A stretch of DNA of 64,000 nucleotides from Octopus vulgaris (Eukaryota). The notes beneath the pieces are model-generated. The model saw only the letters and a program-made list of their open reading frames with translations, did no database searches and was not told the DNA's origin. Positions 1 through 11,039 of this stretch are shown here, one piece after another (positions within the stretch are counted from its first letter, which is position 1; each line of letters starts with the position of its first letter). The stretch covers positions 50,654,001-50,718,000 of the forward strand of contig OX597827.1 in assembly GCA_951406725.2 (NCBI GenBank), in the 5' to 3' direction. Made by a program: the position numbers and the translations under genes.

Positions 1-243
1 GATCCATAGAAAGTACTTGTAAAGATATGAACATGACATACATAGGTGAGACATCTAGAAGCATTGCGGTAAGACAATATGACAACACTCCATCCTCTAG
101 CAAAATACCAAGGACCAACATGGTGACAACCTGGGTCAACTTGACACCTGCATTTTATCCAAGCATCCAAAGGATCCAACACTCAGACAAATACAAGAGT
201 ACGTCCTCATAAATGAAACATCCCCAGTACGAAATAGGTACTA
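1..243 (+). mobile_element. Penelope-like retroelement 3' remnant (GIY-YIG endonuclease, frameshifted)
   Basis: Frame 3 reads TCKDMNMTYIGETSRSIAVR (YIGET.R motif of PLE GIY-YIG nucleases). A second frame continues ...KDPTLRQIQEYVLINETSPVRN*, matching the R.I.E...I....P.LN C-terminus. Confidence 0.8.
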
Positions 244-512
244 AATATAGGTAGTAGATGTTCATAACCCCATACCCACAGTTTAAATTTATATACAAGT
301 AGAATAGTTAGATGGCTGTTATCTAGATGTATGTACGTGTGTGTTTGTGTACACATCTTTATGTATATGCACATGTATATAGGCAAATGGATATGAAAGT
401 AAACAGATAGACACACAAACGGATAGGTACATAGATAATATGAACAGACAAGCACACATACACACATACACAAATGAAGACTGAAACACATGACCATATA
501 CACACACACATT

Positions 513-571
<59 letters not shown>

Positions 572-574
572 TAT

Positions 575-712
575 CTGTGTCGAAGAGCGTAGGCTCGAAA
601 CATAAAATACTTTTTCTATTTCTATTCCTGAGCGCTATACTAATACATTTGTTTGTTTCTACTCCACCTGCTTTCGTCTTTCGTTTACTTTTGTAAACTT
701 TCTCTTTTGTAA
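575..712 (+). mobile_element. Penelope-type terminal repeat fragment with minimal hammerhead-like motif
   Basis: TGTCGA-A-GAGC gtag GCTC-GAAAC followed by a T-rich tail, next to (TA)n. Same family as 1921-2041 (-); tail-only relatives at about 5525-5600 (+) and 22540-22630 (-). Confidence 0.6.
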
Positions 713-790
713 ACATGCCCCAGCATGGCCACAGCTCATTAGCTGAAACTGGAAAAATCAAAATCAAATCAAAACCATATATATATATAT

Positions 791-949
791 AGTCCACTGT
801 ATTATCTTCTATACGGCTTTGGTGGCAACATCTCGGAATTTTCTTACTTTTTGTTCATATATATGCATACATGTGTGTGTGTGTGAAAAACATAGTGAGA
901 AAATTCTGAGATATTGCCACCTATACTGTATAGAAGAATACAGTGAACT
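791..949. repeat. ~60-bp inverted repeat pair around a (TA)/(TG) spacer
   Basis: cactgtattatcttctatac...ttgttca (795-857) is the reverse complement, with mismatches, of tgaaaaac...gtatagaagaatacagtg (884-945). Confidence 0.85.
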
Positions 950-1076
950 TTCTCCCTCTCCTCCCACGCCCCTCATTCTTTACTAAACTAACACGCCAAA
1001 TATATCATAACACCCACATAAATGTCTTAATATGTGTACATGCGAGTGAGTGTATATGTATGAACGTGTACTTGAC

Positions 1077-1128
<52 letters not shown>

Positions 1129-1132
<4 letters not shown>

Positions 1133-1282
1133 AGTATATTTGCCACCTAAATGTGGTGGAGCCATGGGAGACGATGCTATTGTTGTTTAGAGGAAGACAC
1201 CTCCTCCATTTTCTGGGGCTATAAACAGCAGTAGCATTGTCCCCTTTGGGTCCGCCACATTTAGGTTACAAATATACTTCAC
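1129..1282. mobile_element. Short fold-back MITE with ~60-bp TIRs
   Basis: gtgaagtatatttgccacctaaatgtgg... / ...ccacatttaggttacaaatatacttcac. Same terminal sequence as the element at 51180-51706. Confidence 0.8.
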
Positions 1283-1324
1283 GATTCCGTGCTGCTGCTA
1301 CTGTCGCTCAGAAATTTACTATTG

Positions 1325-1408
<84 letters not shown>

Positions 1409-1858
1409 TATTTATAATAGTATCAAATACGATTATAATTAAAGGCACAGTCAGTATCATGCCTGTACACTGAAAATAGACGCTAATTCGTCGAACCGCT
1501 CTAAATCGTCACTTTTATAATACACCCATGTTGAAAGTGAGGGAGTAGACTGACAGAGATTCATAAAATACGATAGAGAGATTCGGATTGATTAAATTCT
1601 GGATTAGTTAGATAATTCTTCCTCTATCAGCAAAGCATACTGAGCGAAATAAATGAGACATTTATACAGACCCACAAAAAAAAAAAGAAAACGCAACGCT
1701 GCGATCACATACAAATACCACAGATATATACGCATCCAATTTCGTGGTCTACTTCAACACGTGTGTATTTGCTTAGAGTAGCACGGAAGTGCCTATACTG
1801 TCCGGAAGTGGATAGAAAGTATTCAAATATAATAATAAAGGATAAAATCAGTGAATAT

Positions 1859-1920
<62 letters not shown>

Positions 1921-1924
<4 letters not shown>

Positions 1925-2041
1925 CGAAAAAAACAAAAGACGAAGACAGGTGGTGTACAAAACAAACAGATGTATTAGTATAACGCTCAGGAATAGAAAA
2001 CGTCTTTTACGTTTCGAGCCTACGCTCTTCTACAGAAAGGG
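1921..2041 (-). mobile_element. Penelope-type terminal repeat fragment with minimal hammerhead-like motif
   Basis: Minus strand reads ccttt-CTGTAGA-A-GAGC gtag GCTC-GAAAC-GTA-aaag. Homologous to 575-712; abuts (TA)n. Confidence 0.65.
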
Positions 2042-2093
2042 ACATATACATATATACTTGGGGTGCGTTCGCAAACGCACACACGTGTATATC

Positions 2094-2131
<38 letters not shown>

Positions 2132-2177
2132 CATATATATATATATGTATATACATACAGACTTGCATACATACATG

Positions 2178-2229
<52 letters not shown>

Positions 2230-2274
2230 GGCAGTCATCAAAAAGTTTTTGTTCGTCTTGAGGCTGAAAGAGGC

Positions 2275-2371
2275 TCCTTATCTTTCCTGATGAGAAGATG
2301 GCATAATGCACCCTTTATTCCTTCGGAATTAAGAGTATGCCGTCTTCGAAACATGTGTCGAGAGTAAAGGA
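2275..2371 (+). ncRNA. Type I hammerhead ribozyme (canonical core)
   Basis: CTGATGA 2287-2293; 12-bp stem II GAAGATGGCATA 2294-2305 / TATGCCGTCTTC 2336-2347; GAAA 2348-2351; short stem III AC-atgt-GT; GTC cleavage triplet 2357-2359; stem I ctttc/gagag plus tcctt/aagga. Confidence 0.85.
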
Positions 2372-2406
2372 AGTTTGTTAAAATCTTCGTTCGACTCCAT
2401 TCTTTC

Positions 2407-2463
<57 letters not shown>

Positions 2464-3060
2464 AATATGTGTTAGATTTAATATTATATATAGTTTCCAG
2501 AGAATGTTTAATGGATACTATCAGTTTAGCGTCTGTAGATGTATGTTATACTTATATGATTTATCAATATTACATTATTTTCTCCGAAGCGATACGTCCA
2601 TGATAAATAATTATACTGACAATCGTAAAAGTTTGTTGTGTTATACCCAATAAAATATCTTTCTTATTTGTTTCTTTCCTGATATGAATAGAATGGTGTT
2701 AAGTTGAAAATATCAACAGAATAAAGACGCGTCCACAAGAATTATGTTTGATGCCAAAAATATATATATATAAATAAAAAATAAAGGAACAAATGGAATA
2801 AAAAATTACCAGTTTGCATCTGTATGGTAACTATGTACTCCTATCCAGATTATGGAAAGAAAATTGGGGAGACGTGGTTATATTAAAATTTATATTTCTA
2901 TCAATTATTGGCAAGTCCAAAAGAGATCGAAATGGCGTAATCTAGTAGTCCTGGCGATTGTTCTGGTGTGCTTTTATGTACCAAAAATCTAGATGAGGTT
3001 TTTTAACTCGTGGTAAATATCGCAATACTTGTGTTTTACCTTTTGGTATTAAGATTGCTT

Positions 3061-3294
3061 AAGGCGGCGAGCTGGCAGAAACGTTAGCACGTCGGGCGAA
3101 ATGCTTAGCGGTATTTCGGCTGCCGTTACGTCGGGAGTTCAAATTCCGCCGAGGTCGACTTTGCCTTTCATCCTTTTGGGGTCGATAAATTAAGTACCAG
3201 TTACGCACTGGGATCGATATAATCGACTTAATCCGTTTATCTGTCCTTGTTTGTCCTCTCTGTGTTTTAGCCCCTTGTGGGTAGTAAAGAAATA
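3061..3294 (+). mobile_element. tRNA-derived SINE, family A, full-length
   Basis: tRNA-like head (tggcagaaacgtt...gagttcaaattcc) and conserved body gactttgcctttcatcc...gtcgataaattaagtaccag. Perfect 16-bp TSD ggtattaagattgctt at 3045-3060 and 3295-3310. Confidence 0.92.
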
Positions 3295-3388
3295 GGTATT
3301 AAGATTGCTTGGGTCGTTCTCTCTATATTTACTTATGTTTAAAGTGTTAGGCCAGTGTTGAACAGTAAATGCCTAAAACACATGAATG

Positions 3389-3820
3389 CGATCTTTTCGG
3401 TTTGAACGGCAGTTTTTTCTAGCGGTGTCATATGAAATTGTCACCCATAATTATGACCCTAGTATCGATCTATTACATTTCAATCTGTATTAGGTTTAGG
3501 GTTAGTTAGCGTTAGGGTTAGAGTGGGGGGAAGGGTATCCTTTTTTCTTCACAAATGTAAATAAAACCAATCTGTTTCTTAAACGAGGGACATATTCATA
3601 CGGCACAGAATGTTTTTTACCTCAATAGACGCCAGTGATTGGTTGAAATTGCAGAAATTGAAGAAAAAAAACAACAAATATCTTACAAACTATAGAATCT
3701 TCTCAATAAAGCCAAAAGAAAATTATGTTTCATAAACACATTCTACCAGTATACGAAGTTTAGAATTTTTTAGTTACCTAGAAATTATGTTAGAAACTGC
3801 CGTTCAAACCGAAAAGATCC
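3389..3820. mobile_element. Non-autonomous DNA transposon (Merlin-like MITE)
   Basis: TIRs gatcttttcggtttgaacggcagttt / aaactgccgttcaaaccgaaaagatc; 8-bp TSD catgaatg at 3381-3388 and 3821-3828; internal TTAGGG-like tract. Superfamily inferred from the (G)GATC end and 8-9 bp TSD. Confidence 0.85.
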
Positions 3821-5090
3821 CATGAATGCTAGTAACGAATGTTAATCATTATCAACTTATGCGACCAGATATTTGCTTGCTCGAGGAACAAACTTGCCAC
3901 GTATTACCAAGTACAATAAACATCAAAATTTAATTTAACAAAATTAGAGAATGGACTTTCAAGTCAGCTTTGAAAAACCAAGGTTCGTAAGGGGGAAAGA
4001 AGTAATTAATTCTTAATATCAACTGAGGTAGCTCAGTGTTGTAAACCTTGTGATATGTTGCGGACAAAATTAGGTACTAAAGTGATTTCAACCCTTATTT
4101 ATCTTTTTCCCCTTTTCAACGACCCATTGAAAGATAGAGATTGTGTACCAATTTATTAAAAAAAGATTATAATACATATCGACTCGCCAAAATAAATTTC
4201 CCTTTTATGTTTTTTGAAGTGAGTAAATAGATGTCATCTCAATCGGTTATATCGTCTCCTTGTAATTAGTCACAGAAAATCAATATTTAATGATGATGTC
4301 TGTATTACCCTCCCTCATCGACAGTTACACATTTAGTTGAAATACACAGCAAATATAGAGAGTTGTAATTTCCATTTCAAACTGAATTTTATGTACAATT
4401 TATTCTTGTATACATCATTGGGGCTCCTCTGGCATTACAGCATGTCAACCAAGCTTGTTAAGTTCATAAAAACCCATACGATAAAATTACGTGCAGTGTG
4501 TAATATAAATTGATTTTGAAAGAGATTTGGTTTGAAATCTTAGTTTGAAACAAGTACTGTTACATTTAGGGAGAGTCACATTTGCCAATAATTACGCACA
4601 AATATTGACTAACATCACTTTAGTTAATTGGTTATAATTATCAAAATCATTCATCATATTTCATCAATACATCACTTTTATGTGATGATATGTAATAGTT
4701 ACAAAATTTATCAATTATTCCATGACGGATTATGTAATAATTATAAGAAAGTCTCAGTTTGTTCTATGCAACAAAAGAATTATTAGTCGCAAACAAACGC
4801 ATTTACTGTCTGCGAAATATACGTAAATTATTTGCTTATATATTCATATGTAGTACTTGTATTTCTGAGTATAATCAAATTAGCGTCAGCAGGAATGTGT
4901 TAAGAACTTAGCTTCACACCCATCATTTCCGAGTTCGATCCCATTGCTCATTAGTTTAGATATTGACTTATACAGACTTCTACCATTTTAATTCACAAGC
5001 TGTTACCTATATCTTGCGAATGAAATTTGGTAAGCGAAAACTCTGTAGAATCTCGTCATATATATTATATTAACGTCTGTATATTCATTT

Positions 5091-5303
5091 ATTCTTTTAT
5101 TCTTTTACTTGTTTCGGTTATTTGATAGCGGCCATGCTGGAGCACCACCTTTAGTCGAACAAATCGACCCCAGGTCTTATTGTTTGTAAGCCCAGTACTT
5201 ATTCTTTGGGTCCCTTTTTCCGAAGCGCTAGATTACGGGGATGTAAACACACCAACATCGGTTGTCAAACGATGCTGGGGGAACAAACACAGGCACATAA
5301 AAT

Positions 5304-5357
<54 letters not shown>

Positions 5358-5520
5358 GATGAACTTCTTTCAGTTTCCGTCTGCCAAATCCACTCACAAG
5401 GCTTTGGTCAGCCCGTGACTACAGTATAAAACACTTGTCCAATGTGCCACAGAGTGGGACTGAACCCGGAACCCTGAGGTTGGAAAACAAGCCTCTTACC
5501 ACACATCCACTCCTGCGGCT
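5091..5520 (-). mobile_element. tRNA-derived SINE, family B (CORE-like)
   Basis: Minus strand has a tRNA-like head (gggttcagtccc), a CORE-like gtggcacattggacaagtgt segment and an internal microsatellite. Homologous to 28675-29060. Confidence 0.88.
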
Positions 5521-5617
5521 ATATATATAATACACCTACTTGTTGTTCTACACCTGCCTCCGTCTTTTGTTTTTTTGGGGGGAAATTTAAACTATATAAA
5601 GATATATATATATATAG

Positions 5618-5654
<37 letters not shown>

Positions 5655-5984
5655 GGCGCCTTAGAAACCGGTAAAAAATTGCTGTTCGCAAATTTCGACA
5701 TGCCAAGATACCACATCATTAGTAATGTTAAAATCCACCTCACCTGTGACATCTCTAATATCAGAACCGATTTAATTTTTACTGAAAGGGAAAGAGGGAA
5801 AGATTCATTTATTTATCCACCAGGAAAGGAAAATCAAAATCAATATTTCTATTTTGGAAGGCGATCAGCTGGCAGAATAGTTTGCACGCTGGTAAAATGC
5901 TTAGCAGCCTTTCATCTGTCTTTACGTTACGAGTTCAAATTTCGCCACGGTCGGCTTCACTTCTCAGGAGGCTAAAATAAAATA

Positions 5985-6069
5985 TGTACCACTTAAACAA
6001 CCAATATTTTTATTTCGACTTATATATAATACAAGTCGAAATAAAAATATTGGTTTTTCAAGTGGTACA
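5985..6069. repeat. Near-perfect 37-bp palindrome (85-nt hairpin)
   Basis: tgtaccacttaaacaaccaatatttttatttcgactt (5985-6021) pairs with aagtcgaaataaaaatattggtttttcaagtggtaca (6033-6069); 2 mismatches. Confidence 0.9.
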
Positions 6070-7327
6070 AATGACTTAACTTTCTCACAATACTTCGAAT
6101 CTGAAATCAAAATGACATCAACGTAAGTGAAACATCAATATTCTTACACTTAACTAGAATTTCTAATACCTTGTTTAAAACGAGAATGTAAATTCTAGTT
6201 AAGGGATCGAATGTAGTTAGGCTGGAAATATTGAAATGAGTATCTAATGAGAAATTAATTTAACCCTAATAACAGGCAGTATTCGAAGTAAACTTAGTGT
6301 AAAAGAATTATATTTAATAGGCATCAATTCAAGTATGCTACATCAATTTTAATGAATATGGAATACAAATTAATAACATTGGTTGTTTAGGAGCTTTCTG
6401 CTACAAGAGATGTAGAGTCTTATAAATGAAACCAATTAACGTTAACCGAATCAATACATGCAATGAAATTAGTAAATTAATTATTCTTAATTATCTAACC
6501 GATTTACTAAACAGATAGTCGTAGTTCTATTAAGCTCACTTTTGTTAACCACTAACGGAATAACAGTAGAATTACTTGTGATTGGCTCCTGTTTTATTGA
6601 GTTATACCATTGTATCAAATTAATATGTGATGTTGTCAAGTCATATATTTTTTTCTTGTTTCTTGAAAACAAATGAGTGAATAGTTTGATATCATGCTAG
6701 ACTAATTAATATGCTAATATCGTAATGATTAGACTAATCAATATGTTTATAAATTTCGTGAATTCGATGATGATTGGTGAGCAGATACACTACTCATTGG
6801 TAAGGTTAATTTTTTTATAAACCGAGCAAATCTATATCTAACCGAATTAATATTTCTCAATGTTGCTTGGCCTGAGAGAACAGTAACCCAAATATCACTT
6901 TGTCTGCAGGAAACTGCAATTAAAAATAGTGTCGGTATTTGGAAATGCAATGTAGAAGCTTTTGTGCGAGGAACAAAATTTAGAACGGACATTCTATCGA
7001 AAGACTGCTTGTTTACACCATAAGCGTTTATTTCTGTTGCTTATTCAGTAAATTACTTCGAGTTTTTTTCTTGCTTCGATTTTCAAGTATCATGGTAAGT
7101 GATTCCTCAAGTGATGGTTTAAAATTCACACACTTTATTAATGGTAATAAGGGAAAGAGATATTGGACTTGGATAAGATACAGATACTTCAACGTCATCT
7201 GTATCCACAAATAATCTAAATGATTCTAACTGGAATTTATGTCGGATTCGTCGAGTAAGCGTAAAGTGTTTACGTAGTTGATAATTGCATCAATGCTTTT
7301 GCCAGTTATATCGGCCTTACAAAATCT

Positions 7328-7560
7328 TTGAACCTAGGAGCAAAGCCCGCTGAGTATTTTCTTCAACTTTTTCCTGAAGAAATGTTTGTCATGATTGGCG
7401 ATATGCGAACAAGGACAACGGGGCGAAGCCAACTTCAATATATAAACAGAAAAGATAAAGCTATACATTGGAATGATTTTCTGATGGAAGTTGTGCAGCT
7501 TCCAGTTTACAGAGATACTGTAATCAGTTCTGTGACAGAAAATCAATGTTCAAGAATCGA
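7328..7560 (+). pseudogene. piggyBac transposase N-terminal remnant
   Basis: PAEYFLQLFPEEMF..., then (frameshift) KIKLYIGM.. and LMEVVQLPVYRD, matching the P.EYF.LFF...EIKAFIG...LMG...LP...DYW pattern of PGBD transposases. Confidence 0.6.
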
Positions 7561-7736
7561 TATCTTGTAAATAAGTGTGAAAACACCTTTTTGCAATCAA
7601 CTCACTTCAGCAGGTATAAATCACCAACAATTATTACATCCTATCATCAAATTTTATCTAGATCCATGCAATAAATACAGTTATGATTTTTATACTGGAC
7701 TCACAGCATTTTCACCAGAATATTGCAGTGATTATT

Positions 7737-7912
7737 AAGACGGCGAGCTGACAGAATCGTTAGCTCACCGGGCTAAATGCTTAGCGGCATTTCGTCCGTC
7801 TTTACGTTCTGGGTTCAAATTTCGCTGAGGTCAATAAAGTAAGTACCAGTCGAGCGTTGGAGTCGATTTAATCGACTTAACTCCTCCTCCAAAATTGCTG
7901 GCCTTGTGGTTA
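7737..7912 (+). mobile_element. SINE family A, internally deleted
   Basis: aagacggcgagctgacagaatcgttagc...gggttcaaatttcgctgaggtc, homologous to 3061-3294. Confidence 0.85.
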
Positions 7913-8049
7913 TAAATATTTCGGGCTGCCAAGCTTTTGTCGACCCTTCAACACAGAGAACTAAATTCTAGGCAGTACTTCTGTCAGTATTATTTCACTT
8001 TCACACAAAGGTTTCTGAATCTTCGTAAAAACTTTAGCTTTTTTTTTTT

Positions 8050-8900
8050 TGTTTTGCTGTTCATTGTCTCTCATGCAAGCTTCACATTTTATCCTCTCAC
8101 CTTGCCACACATTTCCAAAGCTAAATATTACTGCTTTCCTAGTTTGCTTCGTACTTTCTCACTAGGACAGGCCATATCAAATAATCTTTTTGAGGTCATT
8201 CACAAAAGTTATATTTAGTGTGTTAGTAGTAGTAGTTTTACACAGTTTATTTTCGTCAGTCACATATGCAATTGCTATCTTTCACAAATTCAGACCTATA
8301 ACTATTTTTTAATCAATCCTCCTTACTTTCCTAAAACTACTTCAATGCGTTTTTATGCCTTCTAACGTATTTTACATTCACATGGCAAATTACGAAATTC
8401 TTTCCTGATTTTCTTTCAAAGCTTACACATATTTGATAGAATTTCATTCAGGTCACTTTCTCCCCTACTCATGCATCTACTGTCTGTGCCTTTGTGTGTT
8501 TAGGATGAAACAACTTTTCCAAATACCCTTGTTACAAAACATTTATGATATTCCTTTATCTTTACTCTCAATGTCTTAATTCTGTAAAGTGCTATCGTTT
8601 TTATACTTAAGTTTCAGTTCCTCATAGCTTTCTAAAGATTCCAATCAATTTCCATCTATGTGCCATCCATTTATTTTGATCACTTAATCATTAAAAGTCA
8701 TCTCTCCTTTGTCACTGAGCATTGCATCTTACCTGATATCTGTCTTCTATGCAGTATTATCTCCAATGTACACAGCCATATATATCATATCATTCTAACT
8801 TTTGTTTTCTGGTAAGCAGATTTCATAATCGTGAGAACTTTCCATTCAAATTTTCTTCTAATGAATACTATTACATAATTGATTCTTAAGTTGAACCAGA
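8050..8900 (-). mobile_element. Highly decayed LINE (RT / C-terminal region)
   Basis: Minus-strand peptides IMKSAYQKTKVR, KTDIR*DAMLS (G.RQG..LS-like) and GIKTH*SSFRKVRRI (RI..AW..F-like); many stops. Confidence 0.35.
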
Positions 8901-9156
8901 TATTTTCTCTTGAAATTCCCATAATGATTCCATCTACAAGGATTCCTGAATGGAACCAAATTCACCACCTACCGATCTGTTGGGTTTAATTTGTAGTTTA
9001 GGGTTTTCACTAAAATATAGACAAATATATTTCACCAGAGTTTTCATTTAGGACTTAATTTCATCTAGATTTCCTTAGATAGGTTTTTCACCCTGCGCTA
9101 GATAAAACGGCCTTAGAATTCATTGAAAATACTTTCAGATGCACCATTTGTCTTAC

Positions 9157-9201
9157 TACAACTACTGCTACTACAACTACTACTACTACTACTACTACTA
9201 C

Positions 9202-9260
<59 letters not shown>
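9157..9260. repeat. Compound (ACT)n/(AAT)n microsatellite
   Basis: Seen directly. Confidence 0.95.
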
Positions 9261-9261
<1 letters not shown>

Positions 9262-10479
9262 CGTAATGGGATGGCAGAATGTTATGTGCCTTATGGAATT
9301 TAGTAACATCCTTTTTCTAACTTCAAATCCCGTTAGATCGACTTACGTTTTCTTCACTCCAGGCTCGATATAAATACCAGTCATTTATTGGGTTTGTTAG
9401 TGGACAGGTACTCCACCAATATTCACAGTTCCTTAAAATAATTCTGCCACGAAGAAAATCCTTTTTCTAAATAGCGCTTATGGAAAACTTTGGCCCCCAT
9501 TTTTGAAAAATACTCTGTTTGTGTCGTACATGCACTACAACAGTGACCACCAACGTAGGCACCAAAGAAGGAATTCTCTTACATATATGTGAAATGTTTT
9601 GGCCATGATTTAAATATAATAAACAATTGACAACAGGATATAAATACTAGGAACCATAGTCAATAATTGTTGTTCTCAGATTTTAAGATTCTCAACGCTG
9701 CATTTGGGTCATGTTGCCCACCATCTATTTATTAATACTAAACATTTAAAACAAAATTATTAAATTTAGTATCAGCCAGCGTTAGCATAATTCTTTAATG
9801 TGTCAGACTTGACAATGCAGATAGATTTAGTAAGTTTTTCCATTGTTAATGTTAATATAGTCTTTATTATTATTTTGTTAGTAAATGTCTATTTACAATT
9901 TTCATTTCAAGTACATTATTTTGTAGTCTCAACTTCTCTTGTACAACGTTTAACCTTTATCAGAATGCAGCCTGGTAGCATTGCTTCAAGCATAATTCAG
10001 TATTATTATTACTGAAGTTGACTTCGTAGTAAATATATGGTTCTAGCAGGAAATTGACTGCACTGATCAAACAGTGGCCACCTTCTAAACGATAACTGAT
10101 CGATAAAGGGATAATTGAAATCTGGCTAACTTTATTGCTTTCAGAATATATTGAATAGGAATCTTAGTAAACGCCACACCAGAAAATAGAGAATTTTTGT
10201 ATATTGAACCTGTTACTAATGATGATATTTCGAATGAGATAGGTATGGAGAAAGTTGTCTTAATTAGTAAATTATTGCGTTATATGATAACTAATTATAA
10301 ATATATAAGGCACATCGAAACAACATTGATATAAGCTCAGCGATTCTATACAATTCTTCACATATCGCAGCACTTTATTTTAGTCTCTACTTCAATGTTT
10401 TTCAGTCAAAATCGCAGTCAACGGATTCGTTAACAATTCCCCAGAAGTCAATATTATTAGTATTTCACTGCTACATAAT

Positions 10480-10703
10480 TGGCTTCAAATTTTAGCAAAA
10501 GGCCAACAATTTCGAGGGTGGAGATAAGTCGACTACATCTATCCCAGTACTCAACTAATACTTATTTCACCGACCCGGAAAGGAATGAAAGGTAAATTAG
10601 ACCGTGTGGACATTTGAACTCAGAGCGTAAATTCTAAAGAAATGCCGCTAAACATTTTGTCATTTTGTACGACGTAGTAATGATTATGCCTGCTCCCCGC
10701 CTT
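10480..10703 (-). mobile_element. SINE family A, diverged
   Basis: Reverse complement of family A (ends ...gcctgctccccgcctt; contains tttgaactcagagcgtaaa). Confidence 0.8.
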
Positions 10704-10969
10704 CACTACTACATTACTAATATAGAGACTTTTCGCTGCATGTCTGAAATGAAAACATTAACATCATGATTTCTGGAATCATTAGAACTATTTAGTTGTA
10801 ATACTGATGGTCGAAAAAATCTAGCTTATGGATTTAAAATCTGTTACAAAGCTGTTAACTTCCAAGGAGAATATTTTATATTTTCGTTTCTTCTGCTCGT
10901 AGCGATCAGATGCCATATTCTTCTGAAATGTTTCCTGCAACACACACACACACTCAGATGCGTTAATAC

Positions 10970-11039
<70 letters not shown>

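Noticed and set aside
207-2311. Many ORFs rich in YI/IY/CV/HT repeats (also throughout the window)
   Set aside because: They are translations of (TA)n, (TG)n, (TACA)n and (GATA)n microsatellites.
6747-7023. Stretch open for about 80 codons on both strands
   Set aside because: Only faint resemblance to a pogo-like transposase C-terminus; no diagnostic motif or splice context.
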